From positions 186,001 to 250,000 of the forward strand of contig JALDZX010000019.1 in NCBI GenBank assembly GCA_022813865.1: a DNA stretch of 64,000 nt, given 5' to 3'. Shown in pieces: positions 60,045-64,000 of this stretch. The stretch is from Xylographa opegraphella. Taxonomy: Eukaryota. Position 1 is the first letter of the stretch; each line of letters begins with the position of its first letter. The notes beneath the pieces were generated by a model. It made no database searches. It saw nothing but the letters and a program-made list of their open reading frames with translations, and was not told the origin of the DNA. The translations under genes and the position numbers were made by a program.

Positions 60045-62432
60045 TCATCCACCGTTGTCTATCCCATTATTGAAGACATATTTCCTGCATGCCTGGAAAA
60101 CGGTAGAAGTATCAGTAGTACTCTCTAGCCAACCTGCCACCAAAGGCAAGAAGGATGCAAAAAAAACTCACGGCCCTCAACACATTGACCTGTCGAATAG
60201 CCGTGACGAGCACTTCTCGATATCCTTCCAGTACTTCCTGCACCACCTCTCTCCTAGCTTTCGTCCCCGCGCAGATCTCCTTCATCTTCACCTCCATCTC
60301 CTTCCGTAAGAATGGCTTGCCTAAGCTGGTGGCAAGACCCATGTTGTCATAGCCTTCAATGAGTGCACATCCGAGAGTCGTAGGGATGAACTCAAGAACG
60401 CCGCTGGCACCAGATGTCGTACCGTCGGCTCGCGCACCACCTTGACCGCTGTCACGGCTTCCTCGCGAGCCACGCCCACCGCGAGTCCCACGGGTCGCGG
60501 CTTCGGTAGCATTTTCGCGTCCTGCTCCAGATCGTGAGCGTACTTCTACATACATGCGCTCTTGAATTTTTGCAATATGCTCTGCCATGGTGGCGTCAGT
60601 ACCGATCCCGTTAGCATCCATTAAACCGATCAACTCCGGCTCGGTCAAGTAACCAGGCGGACCTGTTTCGCCTTCTGTCATGGTCGCTTCTGTAGGTTCA
60701 AAGACCTCGTTAAGCTGGAATGTCGGAAGCTGTTGACTGCTCTCCCATCTGTCATATGTGTAGACATCCAGATAGTTGCGCTGTAGCACCAGGCGGCCGT
60801 TGGCGTGGAAGCTCTCATCTCCATAACTTATTTCGATTGTTGTTGATTCGCCTTTGGCATCTTCGGAACAGCATCCGAGAAAGCGGCGAACTACAAACTC
60901 ATAGACACGTCGCTCATCCGGAGAGAGGGAGGCTGGCACAACATAATTGACTGGGTGGATTGGTGGATGAGCTTGGTCATTATTACGGCCGGACCGTGGA
61001 GTCCTGAACCAACCATTAAGGAGACTATGCTTTTGATTAGTACCAACGCTTCAGATGATTTGGGAGAGATTACTTTTGGGCGTATGCTCCCCAAGCCTGA
61101 TCTGGGACTTGTTTCTCAATGAGTTTTCTAAGGTCAATGCCCTTATCGAATTGATCTGTTTCGGTACGTGGGTAGCTGATCCACCCCTTAGTATATAAAT
61201 CTTCTGCGATCTGCGGGACGTTAGATCGTGTACCCCGTTCCAACTCCTTGTTTCATTCATACCTTCATGACCTGTTGGCTGTTCATACGAAGAAACATAC
61301 TTCCAAGCTTTTGTAACTCAACCGTAGTCAATGGCAAAGGTCTCCATTTGCTAGTGGGCTTCTTCTGTAATTTGGAAACCCTTGCTGTTCGAGCAGAAAG
61401 GCATCTTTCAAAGAGTAAGGTAACAGCCATACGGTCGAACAGACGATGGCGTCGCCATAGGAAGGCTACGTCAATACCTTCACGCTTGTGTACAACCTTG
61501 ATGCTCCAGAACTGCTCGGGTACGAAGTTCTTAACTCGAAAGTAACGATCGACCACAAATCCAAGCGTAGGGAATTGACAAGATCCTGTAAACCGAAGTT
61601 GGCAATACTGAACACATGGGTGAGAAAAATCGCTTACCATAGCTGATTACTCGGTCTGCCAAAGACTCGCCCAGCCTTTGTAGTTCCAGAGTCTGAAATC
61701 TAGTGAACGAAGCGCCTAAGCGGAGATCGAGTTCGATTCTGGCGGCAACCGCATTCACTTGTCTCTCATCGAGGTCTATAGGGTTCAAGGCCGCCTGAAG
61801 AACATGGCTAACGAGATTTTAGACTATGAATCGATCAAGAGCATTGTCAATCACACGCACGCTCTCTCTGTATTGCTGAAGCGTGCTCTTTTGACTTGGA
61901 GTCGCTGGTTCCCTTTCAATGCCGCTTGTCTTACCTCTGCACCAATGTGCTCTCCTTCTCGATCACAGTCGGTCCAGATAAAGAGTGCTTTGGCATAGCG
62001 AGCTTGTTGGGTTATATTGTCGGCAAGCGGTTTCTTATCCTACTGCGGTGTAAACTTGTGCAACCTTATAGACGCCCTGAATTACATATATACATCATCT
62101 ACAGTCTCGATAACCTGTACATCAAAGAGGTGCTCCGGAGCGCAGGAACCCCACTTCCTATAGTTGGGCTCAAACTCCACCCCGTTGAGATGGCCAATGA
62201 CACTTGTCATGGTCACTGAGCAATTTCCCCATGGTGGCCCGAATGCGAAGTCAAATTCATAATTCTTCACGTATTGGTTTCCTTGAATGGATCGCTGCAA
62301 GCTGATCAGAGAAAGTCTTGCCAAATCAAGTGCTTCCAGACCTACGGTATTGACATGTCCGCCAGCAAGGTGGTTGGCGACGGCTTTGGCAATCGCAGGC
62401 TTTTCTGCAACGCAGAGGATCTTCTGAACCAT
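60045..62432 (-). CDS. TOP3: DNA topoisomerase III (type IA), multi-exon
   Basis: Toprim KILCVAEKPAIAK, TSVIGHL, IWTDCDREGEHIG, ELDLRLGASFTRFQT, SYGSCQFPTLGF, ISYPRTE, DQAHPPIHP and GIGTDAT. Confidence 0.97.
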
Positions 62433-62809
62433 TTCAGCTCTTTCGTCTTCCACGCACTCCAGTCCATCTCTTGGGTGGTATATCCGGCCGATGCTTCAGC
62501 GTGTAGTCAACTATGCGACGGATTGACGCGATGCAGCCAGATGCGGTGTTGACGAATGTCCTCCGTACTAGTTTGACTTAGGTGTAGGGGAGCTAGACGT
62601 GCAGGGGCATAGGCGAGCTATCCCTGATCCGGCACAGCAGCTCGTGCTCGGATGCGGCCGAAGGATGGCGCACAGATGCAGAGCTCTAATAAGTTACCTT
62701 CGGCAAGATCCAAGATCTCGTTCGTCATCGTTTCCTTGTTCTTCGACGGCAGACTCGAGAGCAAGTTGCTTCGTCCACCAGAACCTGTGAACACAGTTCT
62801 ACAGCGGAT

Positions 62810-64000
62810 ATGTCTCTCCCAACTGTTCAAACATTGACGGATTGCGCCGATTTCAGCAGGACTGTCCAACCATATATACCCCAGTTCTACGACTTGCCTG
62901 CACAGATTCTACAGAACCTCTCGAGCCTCCAGGGTCTCAAAGACGTGTACCTGTCTACGAATCCATTAATCACCGCATTCTCTCTGTCCTTGTTCTTAGC
63001 GCCCGTGTTTCTGATCGCTGCAGAAATTAACCGGAATTATTCCCAAGTCGATCGGTTCTGGAGTCTTCTACCAACAATCTATAATGCTCACTATACTATA
63101 TGGGCACACGCAAATGGGTTGCCGACTGAGAGGCTAGATTCGATGCTTGCTTTCAGCACAATCTGGAGTGTATGTTCAATATCTGGGGTGGCATGAATCG
63201 ATACCAATGTGCATACAGGCTCGTTTAACTTATAACTATTGGAGGAAAGGTGGTTATAATATCGGTTCCGAAGATTACCGATGGGAAATCCTTCGCAAGC
63301 ACATCCCAGGACCCCTGTTTTTCGTTTTCGACGTCCTCTTCATATCTACTGCGCAGAGTGTAAGTTTGCACGAAAGGTGTGATCATCCGCGGCTGACTTT
63401 GAGAATAGGTCTTGCTATTTAGCGTAACGATGCCATCCTACATCCTCCTTCTCACGTCAAATATAACGGGTAAGAGCATTGCAACATTGGATATAGTATT
63501 CTCGCAAGGGCTGGTTGGTGCAGTTTTGATCGCTGCGATTGCCGATCAACAGCAGTGGAGTAAGCGTCTGCGAATCTGGAACAAAGGGCAATGCTGACGT
63601 TTTCAGATTATCAGAACGCCAAACAGGAATATCGGAGATCAGCTAAAGTTCCTGAGAATTACAGCCAAGAAGAGCTTGACCGTGGATTTAACACGAAAGG
63701 TCTGTGGGCGTATAGTCGTCACCCAAATTTCGCGGCCGAGCAGACGGGATGGGTCGGCCTTTACTTGTGGTCGTGCTACCTGACAGAGACATACTACAAC
63801 TGGAGTGGCGTTGGGGCCATTGGATATCTTATTCTGTTTCAGGCTTCCACCTGGTTCACCGAGCTCGTTACTGCAGGAAAATACCCACAGTATGCTGAAT
63901 ACCAAAAGAAAGTTGGAATGTTCGTAGCGGGGCCGCTTTCCGCATTATCTGGTGGTTTCGACGCGAAAGCAGCTGCCAAATTGGAAGATGAGAAGAAGAA
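62810..64000 (+). CDS. DUF1295 (steroid-reductase-like) membrane protein, multi-exon, 3' end beyond the window
   Basis: NYSQVDRFWSLLP, RLTYNYWRKGGYNIGSEDYRW, ADQQQW, GLWAYSRHPNFAAEQ and STWFTELVTAGKYPQYAEYQKKV. Confidence 0.9.

Noticed and set aside
60410..60540. RGG-rich insertion within TOP3
   Set aside because: An in-frame low-complexity loop that I recall in other filamentous-fungal Top3 proteins. No sign of an intein or mobile insert.

Overview
Gene-dense, intron-rich DNA from a filamentous ascomycete (Pezizomycotina; short GT..CTRAC..YAG introns). Recognisable conserved genes: AP-1 gamma adaptin (partial), sterol O-acyltransferase, UBL+BAG co-chaperone, M28 vacuolar protease PFF1, RPL16, acyl-CoA synthetase, GRR1, STM1, a bZIP factor, an arrestin-domain protein, EFM4, EFM7/NNT1, KU80, a DUF4149 protein, STB3, TOP3 and a DUF1295 protein (partial). 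Accessory or decaying material lies between them: a P450 pseudogene, a SNF2-type fragment, a divergent NoxR/p67phox-like TPR protein with tandem repeats, and a block at about 37.5-51.5 kb (APH-like kinase, two tandem His/Cys-motif paralogs with one broken by a 22-bp VNTR, an F-box orphan, a gypsy RT remnant and RIP-like AT-rich relics). The most interesting signals are a GUG codon in perfect Kozak context that could add a membrane anchor to the BAG protein, a GC-AG intron that switches the bZIP C-terminus, recurrent C-rich-to-G-rich skew switches, the VNTR frameshift, the NoxR-like paralog and an oversized KU80 intron. All family calls come from recognising motifs by eye, not from database searches. 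Exon boundaries were read manually.
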